From Firmicutes bacterium HGW-Firmicutes-12 (GTDB lineage: Bacteria; Bacillota; Peptococcia; DRI-13; PHAD01), in contig PHAD01000001.1 of assembly GCA_002841595.1 (NCBI GenBank), positions 1,415 to 65,414 of the forward strand: a stretch of 64,000 nucleotides of DNA, written 5' to 3'. Shown piece by piece: positions 31,314 to 40,208 of the stretch. Each line of letters starts with the position of its first letter. Within the stretch, counting starts at the first letter, position 1. Made by a program: the position numbers and the translations under genes. The notes under the pieces are model-generated. The model did no database searches and was not told the origin of the DNA. It saw only the letters and a list, made by a program, of their open reading frames with translations.

Positions 31314-31925
31314 ATATTCCCCTCGGTAATTCCCGTACAATCGATGGTTTTGATCATCATTTTCAGTGTTGGCAACGGTTTTGAAAGCTTTTACTTTAGA
31401 TAATTCCGCCAATTCTAATTGGGATTTTACTCCCAATTCTTTAGCTGCCCTAATTAAGACATTTGCACATGCAACTGCGTCTTCTTCGGCGTTATGGTGT
31501 ATAAAATCTAATCCTAAATAAGCTGCCATGTGGTTTAAAGCATAGCTTACGTGATTTGGCCAGGTTGCTTTCGATATAATTCTGGTACAGCAATAATCAA
31601 ATTCTGGATAAGGTACTTGATACTCATCCAACGTATTGCGGAGAACACTTATATCAAAGCTAGCATTATGAGCAACAATAAGCCTTTTTTCAAAAAAACA
31701 TTTTATACTAGGCCATAATTCATTAAAATGAGGTTCATTTTTAACATGTTTCTCAGTTATCCCATGTAATGCAACATTAAATGGATTAAAATACATCATG
31801 GGTGGTTTAATTAAATATTGTTGCCTCTCCACAATTTTATTGTCACTCACAACCGCAAACCCAATAGCACATGCACTTGATCTAAATTCATTTGCTGTTT
31901 CAAAATCGATTGCAACAAACTCCAT
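31299..31925 (-). CDS. DEDDh 3'-5' exonuclease (DnaQ/epsilon-like)
   Basis: ExoI AIDFETAN, ExoII HNASFDISVL and ExoIII HNAEEDAVACA motifs. Its 3' end overlaps the convergent membrane gene by 15 nt. Confidence 0.85.
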   Translation of the reverse strand: MEFVAIDFETANEFRSSACAIGFAVVSDNKIVERQQYLIKPPMMYFNPFNVALHGITEKHVKNEPHFNELWPSIKCFFEKRLIVAHNASFDISVLRNTLDEYQVPYPEFDYCCTRIISKATWPNHVSYALNHMAAYLGLDFIHHNAEEDAVACANVLIRAAKELGVKSQLELAELSKVKAFKTVANTENDDQNHRLYGNYRGEYLIVF

Positions 31926-31963
31926 AAAATCCTCCTTACTCCACGCTTCTTAAGGAAATAGCA

Positions 31964-32590
31964 CTATCTTCTATTTCTAATTACTTTCCGTTCCCAGATA
32001 AAAAACAACCAAGAGAATGCTAACATTTGTATAGTTACTTCTGGTACACCAATTAAATGTTCTGCTAAGGGTGTATTTGTATATATTAAACCTTCAATTG
32101 AACCCGGAGTTGCTGATCTAACAATTGGAGAATCCAGTGGTCTGAAATTTGCAAATACTTCCGATTTAGAAAATATAACTCCATAGTTTTGCATTTTTAT
32201 AAAAATTAGACCAGTAATTACACCTGTAATTGTATAAACAGTATTTTGATGTTTTTCAAAATTATACAATATTTTGGCTATAGCAAATCCAATGTCTTTT
32301 GTATCAATAAAACAATATAAATCTTCAGGTTTGCCTAAATGAGGTGGCCTCATTAAAAATACTCTATCTACATCATCTAAGGCTTTATCAAATGTATTTT
32401 TATCTAGAAAGTCAAAGTTAACTAATTCTACATTATTGAACTTATCCTTTGATTTGTTTATAGAAGTTACAGCTCCAATAACTTCTTGGTTCATTTCAAT
32501 CAAAAATCGGGATACATATATCCCAACGTTTCCTATCGTCTCTTCTGGTTTTCCACCTAGTTCTATAATCCATATTATTACCAACCTCAA
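31964..32590 (-). pseudogene. NmrA/YtfG-like NAD(P)-binding protein with an internal deletion and a degenerate Rossmann motif
   Basis: VDRVFLMRPPHLGKPED joins directly to FIDTKDIGFAIAKILYNFEKHQNTVYTITG; roughly 90 aa separate these in my recollection of the family. The GxxGxxG region reads LGGKPEETIGNVG. Confidence 0.4.
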
Positions 32591-32752
32591 GCAACAAAAT
32601 AATAGCTTTGTTCATTGTTTTTCAACAATGAAAGTATTAACTAAAAAAGAGAATGGTCATAGAATATAATTTATGGTAGACTTAAAATATTTAATTTTTG
32701 GTCCAGAGTACATAAAATATAATTTTAACGAAAGTAGGTCAAAGGGTTGTTT

Positions 32753-33172
32753 ATGTATGTGTTTTCAATCGTACTTATAGTATCTTCAAACATCTTATAC
32801 AATTTATGCCAAAAATCCACACCTCAAAGGGCTAACCCGTTTTCAGCATTATTTATTACATATTTGACTGCAACTTTTATTACTATTTTAATATTTCTAT
32901 TTAACAAAGCCGATAAAACATTCCTTCAATCATTTAAAGATTTGAATTGGACCAGTATCGCTCTTGGTATTTCAATCGTCGGTCTTGAATTTGGCTACTT
33001 AATGGCTTACCGAGCAGGTTGGAAAATAAGTGTGGGCTCTTTAGTAGCCAATATCGCTCTTGCTTTAATGCTTATTCCGATCGGGATATTCTTTTTTAAA
33101 GAAGGTTTTGGTTACAACAAAATCTTTGGTGCGATATTATGTATTATTGGACTAGTACTTATCAACAAGTAA
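32753..33172 (+). CDS. Small DMT/EamA-like membrane transporter
   Basis: About 139 aa with 4-5 TM segments and the C-terminal EamA-like motif KIFGAILCIIGLVLINK. AAAGGG lies 6 nt before ATG 32753. Confidence 0.5.
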   Translation: MYVFSIVLIVSSNILYNLCQKSTPQRANPFSALFITYLTATFITILIFLFNKADKTFLQSFKDLNWTSIALGISIVGLEFGYLMAYRAGWKISVGSLVANIALALMLIPIGIFFFKEGFGYNKIFGAILCIIGLVLINK

Positions 33173-33179
33173 AGCAATG

Positions 33180-33677
33180 TTAGAGGTATTTTACTTGAGT
33201 TTTTAATGCAAAGGAAAATTTATCTACTGCCCTTAGTGTCGCGATTATTCCGTCAAGATGATCATATTCATGTTGTAACAACTCAGATAACGAACCCTCA
33301 AGCATCATTGTGCTTTCATTCCAATCATTATCTTTATACCTAATACTGCTATTTTTGTATCTCTTCACTTTCACTAGAAGGTTCGGAAAACACATACAAT
33401 CGTCCCATACTTCAAAGGTTTCATCCCCTTTTGTTTTCAATACTGGGTTAATGAAAACTACTGGTCTTTCAATATACATATAAATTAATCTTTTCATAAT
33501 TCCAATTTGTGGGGCTGCTATCGCACGACCTACTCCATGTTTTTTCCGAAAATCCATAAGTGTATCATGCAAATCTTGAATAACTGTGTTAATGCACTCT
33601 AACTCTGATTTTTCCCATGGCGTACTCACTTCATATAATTGAGGGTTACCTAATAGCAACAATTCTCGAACAGCCAT
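33180..33677 (-). CDS. Second, divergent peptide deformylase-like protein
   Basis: Motif 1 GVGRAIAAPQIG, motif 2 altered to DDCMCFPN (Cys kept), motif 3 HEYDHLDG. Confidence 0.8.
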   Translation of the reverse strand: MAVRELLLLGNPQLYEVSTPWEKSELECINTVIQDLHDTLMDFRKKHGVGRAIAAPQIGIMKRLIYMYIERPVVFINPVLKTKGDETFEVWDDCMCFPNLLVKVKRYKNSSIRYKDNDWNESTMMLEGSLSELLQHEYDHLDGIIATLRAVDKFSFALKTQVKYL

Positions 33678-33764
33678 ATCTAAATCATCTCTCTTTCAAT
33701 AATGTACAAACTTAAGGCGAAACTATGGTTAGCGGGAACTTAATGTTCGCATACCTGGTCATCT

Positions 33765-33914
33765 TTAGTTATTTATACTCTCTAAAAAAGGTTTGATTAT
33801 AACCAATGCTTGTGACGCAATAACATTTTGAAAAAATAGATTAATAGTAACAAGTTCAGAATTAGTAATTGCAAAAATTAGACTTGAAATAAACAGAATT
33901 TGACTCTTTTGCAT
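33765..33914 (-). CDS. Possible 49-aa single-TM protein, fourth gene of the CheR operon
   Basis: MQKSQILFISSLIFAITNSELVTINLFFQNVIASQALVIIKPFLESINN. AAAGGGA lies 7 nt upstream, and the ORF starts 16 nt after the response-regulator stop. The ORF-track version (start 33992) overlaps that gene. Confidence 0.3.
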   Translation of the reverse strand: MQKSQILFISSLIFAITNSELVTINLFFQNVIASQALVIIKPFLESINN

Positions 33915-33930
33915 TTTCATATCCCTTTCT

Positions 33931-35805
33931 TCAGAAATCACCAGTATCGCTGTTAATTGCATTGTTTGGGATTGAGAGAAATGCTTCCACAATTTCAGGA
34001 TCGAACTGAATGCCTGTATTTTTCTTCAACTCATCAATCGCTTTTTTCTTGCTCATTGGTTTCCTATAGGATCTTTGTGATGTCATGGCATCATACGCAT
34101 CTGCAACTGCGATGATTCTTGATTCGATTGGAATTTCCTCTCCTTTTAGTCTATTCGGATAGCCCATTCCATCCCATCTTTCGTGATGTGCTACAACATA
34201 ATCGGAGATTTCAGCAAATTCTTTGACCGCAGAAAGGATGCGCCTGCTTGATTCTGGATGTTTACGAATCTCAATCCATTCATCCTCATCAAGCGTTCCA
34301 TATTTATTAAGCACTTTTTCATCCACACTGATTTTTCCAATGTCATGAACAAGTCCGGCTATTTTGATGGTATTAATTTCATCCTCATCAAAATTAAGAG
34401 CTAAAGCAATTAATTCACAAATCTGGCTAACCCGTTTTGAATGTGCACTTTCCCTTGCACTTTTTTCAAAAAGACTGTTCATAATCACTTCTATTGTCTT
34501 ACTTCTCATGCTGGCGCTTTCAAATGCTTTATGCTTGTACATATAGTTTTCAGCATTGGCAAAAATTTCATTGATGTCCTCACGAACTTCCGACTTTGTC
34601 GCATGCCCAAATGATATCGAGAGCACATAAGTATTAGTATTGCCTTTGACAATATTTTCTCTTATACGCCTGATAAGGTTTTCTGCACTATTTCGGTCTG
34701 TTTGAGGCAATATAAGTGCGAACTCATCTCCGCCAACTCTAGCGATAATATCGTCGGCCCGGCAGGCTTCTTGGATTACCTTTGCAGCTTTCTTGAGCAA
34801 TTCATCTCCCGCAGCATGGCCAAAGGAATCGTTGACCAGTTTAAGTCCATTCACATCAGCCATTACAATGGTTAGAGGAAGATTTCTGGCTTTATCCAAG
34901 CGCTTAACCTCCTCCTCAAAAAAACGTCGGTTATATAGCCCAGTCATATGATCGTGATAGCTCAGAAAAAGCAATTTTTCTTCTGCTTTCTTGCGCTCTG
35001 TAATATCAACTCCAATGGAAAAAAAATGCTTTAACAAACCTTGTTCATCAAATATTGCACTGTCCCGCCATTCCTGCCATTTCTCTTCACCATTCAGCAT
35101 TACTTTATGAACATACTGGTTTGAAGGATTTCTGGGACTTAAGGATAGATATTTTTTCCTCACCTTTTCTCTTGAATTCTCGGGTAATAAATCAAGAAAG
35201 GCCTTGCCAATCAGATCTTCCCTGCTCATTTGAAAATATCTGCAGTAGGTTTTATTGACATATGTCAAAGTGCTGTCAGGCATAAATTCACAAATAAGCG
35301 CCGGCAGGTCATCCAATATATTTTTGTACTTCTCTTTTAAATCAATAATGTCTTTTGTTCTTTCATTTACCAGAACATTCAATTTTTCGTTTTCATTACT
35401 GTTTATGATATTCCTTTCTCTAATTTTCAGCATTCCACGAAGCTGAACATAGAATTCTATTTCATCGATGGGTTTGTTAATAAAAGCTTCCGCTCCACTT
35501 TCCAAAGCCTTTAAACGATTTTCCTTATCACTTTTTAATGCAGTCACAAAGATTACCGGTATCCCATTATGCCTGGGGTTCGCTTTCAGCCGCCGGCAGG
35601 TCTCGTAGCCGTCCATGCCTGGCATGAGAATATCAAGGAGAATAACATCAGGTTCATTGACCTTAGCTATTTCTATACCTGCTTCTCCGCTTTGGGCTGT
35701 GAAAATCTCGACATGAGGGAACGACTCATTAATCAGTGCTTTTAAGCTGATCAGATTACCCTGATTATCGTCTATCAGGAGGAATTTACTTTTCTTATTT
35801 CCCAT
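33931..35805 (-). CDS. Response regulator REC-PAS-GGDEF-HD-GYP
   Basis: REC (LLDILMPGMDG), PAS, GGDEF (RVGGDEFALIL, I-site RADD) and HD-GYP (HDIGKISV, HHERWDGMGYP). GAGGGGG lies 6 nt before ATG 35805, and the gene overlaps the HK stop by 11 nt. Confidence 0.9.
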   Translation of the reverse strand: MGNKKSKFLLIDDNQGNLISLKALINESFPHVEIFTAQSGEAGIEIAKVNEPDVILLDILMPGMDGYETCRRLKANPRHNGIPVIFVTALKSDKENRLKALESGAEAFINKPIDEIEFYVQLRGMLKIRERNIINSNENEKLNVLVNERTKDIIDLKEKYKNILDDLPALICEFMPDSTLTYVNKTYCRYFQMSREDLIGKAFLDLLPENSREKVRKKYLSLSPRNPSNQYVHKVMLNGEEKWQEWRDSAIFDEQGLLKHFFSIGVDITERKKAEEKLLFLSYHDHMTGLYNRRFFEEEVKRLDKARNLPLTIVMADVNGLKLVNDSFGHAAGDELLKKAAKVIQEACRADDIIARVGGDEFALILPQTDRNSAENLIRRIRENIVKGNTNTYVLSISFGHATKSEVREDINEIFANAENYMYKHKAFESASMRSKTIEVIMNSLFEKSARESAHSKRVSQICELIALALNFDEDEINTIKIAGLVHDIGKISVDEKVLNKYGTLDEDEWIEIRKHPESSRRILSAVKEFAEISDYVVAHHERWDGMGYPNRLKGEEIPIESRIIAVADAYDAMTSQRSYRKPMSKKKAIDELKKNTGIQFDPEIVEAFLSIPNNAINSDTGDF

Positions 35806-38779
35806 AAAGTACCCCCTCAATGATTCTCATGAATTGCTTTTCAATAATAGGCTTGGGAATGAATGCATCAAATCCATGGGCCAAATATATTTCTCGATCT
35901 GTAGTCATGGCACTTGCTGTAAGAGCAATTATAGGAATATGTGCTAGGTTAGGGTTTTTCCGAATAGCCCGGAAAGCTTCCACACCATCCATTCCAGGCA
36001 AGGCAATGTCCATCAAAATCAAATCCGGCATATGAATCCCGGCTAGCTCAACAGCAGCTTCCCCATCCTCAGCCTCTACGATGTTAAAGATATCCTTTAG
36101 CAAAGCTTTCACAGTAAGCCTGTTATCCGGATTATCCTCTACTACTAAAACAATAGGCTTCTCAGGTATTTCCATTTGTTCCTTATGAACTGGTTTGGTT
36201 GGTTTCACCGCCGGAAGGAACATGGATGCCACTGCATCCTGAAGTTCCCTTCTGTCCAAGCTGCCCTTTTGAATCAACTGATGGACATTATTAAGCGCTA
36301 ATGTTCTCAATTCTTCTTTTTCAATATGCTTGGCGGTCAGAACCAAAACCGGAACATGAGCGCTCTTGTAACTATTTCTAACTTCCTTCAAAACTTGAAA
36401 CCCATCCTTTATCGGCATCATTAAATCAAGAATGATGCCATCCGGAATGCTTTCTTCCATTTTTTTCAGGGCCTCGGCACCATCATTGGTCACAGTGATT
36501 TGATATTCCTCCTCAGAAAGGGCGTCACGCAGCTGAATAATAGCCGGTTCGCTGTCTTCAACAATTAAAAGCTTATAGCCCTTGTCCCTTATGTCTGCAC
36601 TTTGGGTTTCTGTTATTGTTGAAATCTGATTAGCATAGCTGGAGGTATCTGGTTTATACACTTCTTTTAATAATTTTGTTGCTTCCTGCTGCAAGGGAAT
36701 TGTTACGGTAAATATGGACCCTTTGTCAAGGGTGCTTTCCACTTCAATCCTTCCACCCAACATCTCTGTGTATCTCTTCGATATGGCAAGGCCAAGCCCG
36801 GTACCGCCATATTTTCTGGTGGTGCTGCCATCAGCTTGTCTGAATTCCTCAAAAATATGTGTAAGATGTTCCTTTACAATCCCGATACCCGTATCAGAGA
36901 CCGCAATGACAACTTGTCCGTCACTTTCATATGCGGAAACTTCCACCCTTCCTTCGTCTGTGAATTTGATGGCATTACCCATTAAGTTTTGCAGGATGTG
37001 GCGCATTTTTTGTTCATCACTGACCAAGGGTATTTCCCTATCGGCATTGTTATAAACGATTTCGATGCCTTTCTGTTCCGCAACCGGCCGCAGCATCTCC
37101 AAGAGTTCGTTTATAAGGCTGTTTAGGTTAAAGTAGTCATTTTCAATTTCCACACGTCCGGACTCAATTCTTGAAATATCCAAAATATCGTTGATCATAG
37201 CCAGAAGGCTCTTGCCGCTTTTATCAATTACCTCAAGATAGCTGTATTCTTCGTCAGATATTTGATTCTTCAGTCGACGATAGAGAACACCTGAAAGAGC
37301 TATGATAGAGTTCAAAGGTGTTCGCAGTTCATGACTCATATTGGAGAGGAAGTTCGTTTTAAGCCTGCTGACTTCACTCAGTTCTTCATTTTGCTTTTCT
37401 AACTCAGTCTTTTGTTGTTCAATTTCAGCGGCCTGGATCTGAAGTTCAGCTTGCTGTTGTTTCAGCTCTTCATTTTTAGTTTCTAGTTCGTCTCTTATTT
37501 GTCTGATTTCATTATTACTCAAAATCCCAAGCATTCGTGTGTTCAGAATCGGGTAAATATTTTCAATAAGATTTAACGCCATCGGCTCAAAGCCGCTGAT
37601 ACTTGCCAGCGTTACAATTAAAATCACTTCATCCTTTTCCACGATTGGGATTGTGATGATTTCCTTTGGAAAAAGCTCACCGTAAGGGAGAGGATGCTGG
37701 AATCGAACATCCTCCGTGTTCAAGGTAAATTTTTCAATCTTTCCTGAGGCAACGACCCGTCCAAGATCGCCTTCCAGATGCTCAATGTTAAATGAAGCGC
37801 GGCCTTGATCGTTCATGCCAATGGAGGTTGCTATTTCGAAAATTTTTTGATCAGTTGAGCGTAAATATACTGCGCCAAGCTCGCCGCCAGTGTGTTTTAT
37901 CATACTCAAAAGCACTACTTGGAAAAATTGATTTATTAATTCGGTGCTCAGTAACTTATTGGTAATAACGCTAGCTTTTTCATTAATAATCATTTCGAGC
38001 TCCAATGTATTGAACATTTCGTTCAGCGCTTTGGAGATTTTGCCAAATTCGTCAGGACGAATTATCCGGGACCTCGTTTCATACTTGCCTTTAGAAAAAT
38101 CCTCCATGACACGCTGCATCTCAAAAAGTGGTGTTTTTATTAGCTGATAGATATACCGGGATAATACAAAAACTAAAATTAAACAAAGAAGTATGATAAT
38201 CCCCATCTGGAGATACGTTGTTCTAAGCGTCCCCATTGAATCGGCATAGAGCTCATCCGCTATATTTTTTGCAAAGCTATCAACTGCTTCAAGCTTTTCT
38301 GATAATTGAAGTTTCAGCGGGGAAGGTCCTACATATTCCCCCATACTTTTGAAAGCAGCCGCTCTATCTCCTTGCTCAATAAGCTCGATACGCTTTTCAA
38401 TGTTCTCTTCCCATAATAAATATGCTTTTTCTATTTCCAAAATATCTTCCTGGGAACCCATATAACGCTCTTTTAAAATCTGAAATTGCTGTTCTATATC
38501 GACTTTTCTCTTGATAATTTCATTCCGCCAATAGGTCATGCCCTCTGGTTCTTCTACTATAAGCATTATCCGCATGTGCAAAGTTATATTATCTGTGGCA
38601 ATTTCTAATTTGGAGATGGCTCTTCGAACCTGGAGCGGATTATTATACAGCTTTTCTGAATAGGAGTGCGTATTATATATTTCCCAGAAACTAACGATTG
38701 ATAATAGTGCTAATAAGAACAAAACTATAGCATAGCTTAATTTTATTTTGCTCCCAACCTCTAAATTATTTATTTTCAT
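35795..38779 (-). CDS. Hybrid sensor histidine kinase (TM, helical sensor, TM, HAMP, GAF, coiled coil, HisKA, HATPase, REC, REC)
   Basis: H-box SHELRTPLNSI, N-box NLMGNAIKFT, G-boxes DTGIGI and GGTGLGLAISK, receivers with ILDLMMP and LMDIALPGMDG. GAGGGA lies 6 nt before ATG 38779; the ORF track uses TTG 38806. Confidence 0.9.
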   Translation of the reverse strand: MKINNLEVGSKIKLSYAIVLFLLALLSIVSFWEIYNTHSYSEKLYNNPLQVRRAISKLEIATDNITLHMRIMLIVEEPEGMTYWRNEIIKRKVDIEQQFQILKERYMGSQEDILEIEKAYLLWEENIEKRIELIEQGDRAAAFKSMGEYVGPSPLKLQLSEKLEAVDSFAKNIADELYADSMGTLRTTYLQMGIIILLCLILVFVLSRYIYQLIKTPLFEMQRVMEDFSKGKYETRSRIIRPDEFGKISKALNEMFNTLELEMIINEKASVITNKLLSTELINQFFQVVLLSMIKHTGGELGAVYLRSTDQKIFEIATSIGMNDQGRASFNIEHLEGDLGRVVASGKIEKFTLNTEDVRFQHPLPYGELFPKEIITIPIVEKDEVILIVTLASISGFEPMALNLIENIYPILNTRMLGILSNNEIRQIRDELETKNEELKQQQAELQIQAAEIEQQKTELEKQNEELSEVSRLKTNFLSNMSHELRTPLNSIIALSGVLYRRLKNQISDEEYSYLEVIDKSGKSLLAMINDILDISRIESGRVEIENDYFNLNSLINELLEMLRPVAEQKGIEIVYNNADREIPLVSDEQKMRHILQNLMGNAIKFTDEGRVEVSAYESDGQVVIAVSDTGIGIVKEHLTHIFEEFRQADGSTTRKYGGTGLGLAISKRYTEMLGGRIEVESTLDKGSIFTVTIPLQQEATKLLKEVYKPDTSSYANQISTITETQSADIRDKGYKLLIVEDSEPAIIQLRDALSEEEYQITVTNDGAEALKKMEESIPDGIILDLMMPIKDGFQVLKEVRNSYKSAHVPVLVLTAKHIEKEELRTLALNNVHQLIQKGSLDRRELQDAVASMFLPAVKPTKPVHKEQMEIPEKPIVLVVEDNPDNRLTVKALLKDIFNIVEAEDGEAAVELAGIHMPDLILMDIALPGMDGVEAFRAIRKNPNLAHIPIIALTASAMTTDREIYLAHGFDAFIPKPIIEKQFMRIIEGVLYGK

Positions 38780-38798
38780 ATTGTATCCCTCGCTTTGT

Positions 38799-39617
38799 TT
38801 AAACAATGGTTTTCTTAGAAACAGGACCGGATTTGACGACCGCAGTGATTCCCATTTGCTTCGACAATATAGCTTTCTCCGCTTCTCCGACTACCAAATA
38901 CCCTCCGGGAGACAAGGCTTTTATAAGTTTATTGATAATAAACCGCTGCGCCTTGTCATTATAGTAAATCAGCAGGTTGCTGCAGATGATCAGGTCAAAA
39001 TGCCCATAAATGCTCTCCGGAGGAGAGACTGTGTTTTGATCTAAAATGTCATAATATAAAAAGTCTACACTGTTCTTTATATCAGGGGCTATCCGATAAG
39101 CATTCCCCGTCTGATCAAAATGATCATCAAGGTAACCAAGCGGTACCTTTTTTAGTTCATTCCTATTGTATATTCCATACCTTGCGCGGTCGAGTGCTTG
39201 GTTTGAAATGTCCGTGGCATACATATGCAGCCGCATTTTAGACTTAAATAGCTCTGAAACTTCCCGAGCCAGCATAAGAATAGAATAGGGCTCTTGACCG
39301 GCCGAGCAGCCGACTGACCACATCCGGATCTCCCGGCTGTCTTTTTTACTGTTGAAAATATCCGGCAGCACGCGGCTTTCCAGCAGGGCAAAAGCAAAAG
39401 GTTCCCTGAAAAATTCTGAATACCCATTATTCAGCAGCGCAAGGAATAAAACACTTTCTTCGCCACTTCTTTCAAGGATTTCTTCATATTGCTTTGCTGT
39501 ATCAATCTTTAGTTCCTTCATCCTTTTAATAACAGTCGTTTCTATCAGTTTTGGGCTGAAGTTCTCAAGAGATTTCATTGCGCATATATCTGCCACAGAA
39601 AATATTTCTTTTTCCAT
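38799..39617 (-). CDS. cheR: CheR-type protein-glutamate O-methyltransferase (orphan)
   Basis: FFREPFAF, IRMWSVGCSAGQEPYSILML, ATDIS and FDLIICSNLLIYY..LSPGGYLVVGEAE, which is the full CheR N- and SAM-domain motif order. Confidence 0.85.
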   Translation of the reverse strand: MEKEIFSVADICAMKSLENFSPKLIETTVIKRMKELKIDTAKQYEEILERSGEESVLFLALLNNGYSEFFREPFAFALLESRVLPDIFNSKKDSREIRMWSVGCSAGQEPYSILMLAREVSELFKSKMRLHMYATDISNQALDRARYGIYNRNELKKVPLGYLDDHFDQTGNAYRIAPDIKNSVDFLYYDILDQNTVSPPESIYGHFDLIICSNLLIYYNDKAQRFIINKLIKALSPGGYLVVGEAEKAILSKQMGITAVVKSGPVSKKTIV

Positions 39618-39649
39618 TACATTTACCTCCAGTCCCTACTTTCTACTTC

Positions 39650-40053
39650 CTAATTCTCGGATTTCAGCTTAATTCTATTTCCTGGCAAGGCTTCAAAGAT
39701 TTTATGATATTTTCCGCATCTTGCTCTTACCTGCGTGTATTTTGCCTTTTCACCGTTTTTCTTTACATATAATCTTCTCTCATAAATCTCGTCCGCCAGG
39801 TCGGCTGCATGCATGATATAGTCATCTTTTTCAAGCAAAATGAGCCGCATCGCTTCGTGTAAAGTATAATTCTTGTTCGAAACAGCAGCGTTTGCGAATA
39901 AGTTCCCATTGGCTTCGTATTTCTGAATAATAAAACTACTCGTCCATTGAGTTCGACCATTTCTAGCACTGAATCCAGCTCTGCTAAAAATTTTTCAAAG
40001 GTTATTAAATTTTCGAGTTTTATTTCTATTTTTCGACACCTCGCAAATATCAT
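39650..40053 (-). pseudogene. Frameshifted small gene: Phd/YefM-like N-terminal part plus a winged-helix (HARE-HTH/Mrr_N-like) C-terminal part
   Basis: Frame A reads ITFEKFLAELDSVLEMVELNGRVVLLFRNTKPMG. Frame B continues NLFANAAVSNKNYTLHEAMRLILLEKDDYIMHAADLADEIYERRLYVKKNGEKAKYTQVRARCGKYHKIFEALPGNRIKL. Neither frame alone makes a plausible protein. Confidence 0.3.
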
Positions 40054-40208
40054 ATATCGTCCGATAAATTTTGGTAAATACAATTATATATGTAATTGTA
40101 TTTAAACTGCAGCACACTCTGCAATTATTTCAATAGCTTATAAAGCCTAAAAATACTCACAGCTAAGGCAAACCGCCCTTATCTTTTAATTTCTGTGCCA
40201 TCCTTAAA

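Noticed and set aside
32611-32632. Perfect 9-bp hairpin TTCATTGTT-TTTC-AACAATGAA.
   Set aside because: There is no adequate U-tract on either strand, and it sits between two gene starts. I cannot call it a terminator or an operator.
33725-33796. 23-codon plus-strand hydrophobic ORF MVSGNLMFAYLVIFSYLYSLKKV. I considered a type I toxin-like peptide.
   Set aside because: The SD is weak, and there is no evident antisense RNA or promoter. It cannot be distinguished from chance.
39152-39427. Same-strand alternative-frame ORFs inside strong genes: 39152-39427, 28849-29037, 15555-15788, 49857-50111 and 50751-50978.
   Set aside because: They are nested in genes with clear domain signatures, are compositionally odd (Cys/Arg/Gly-rich), and have no SDs.
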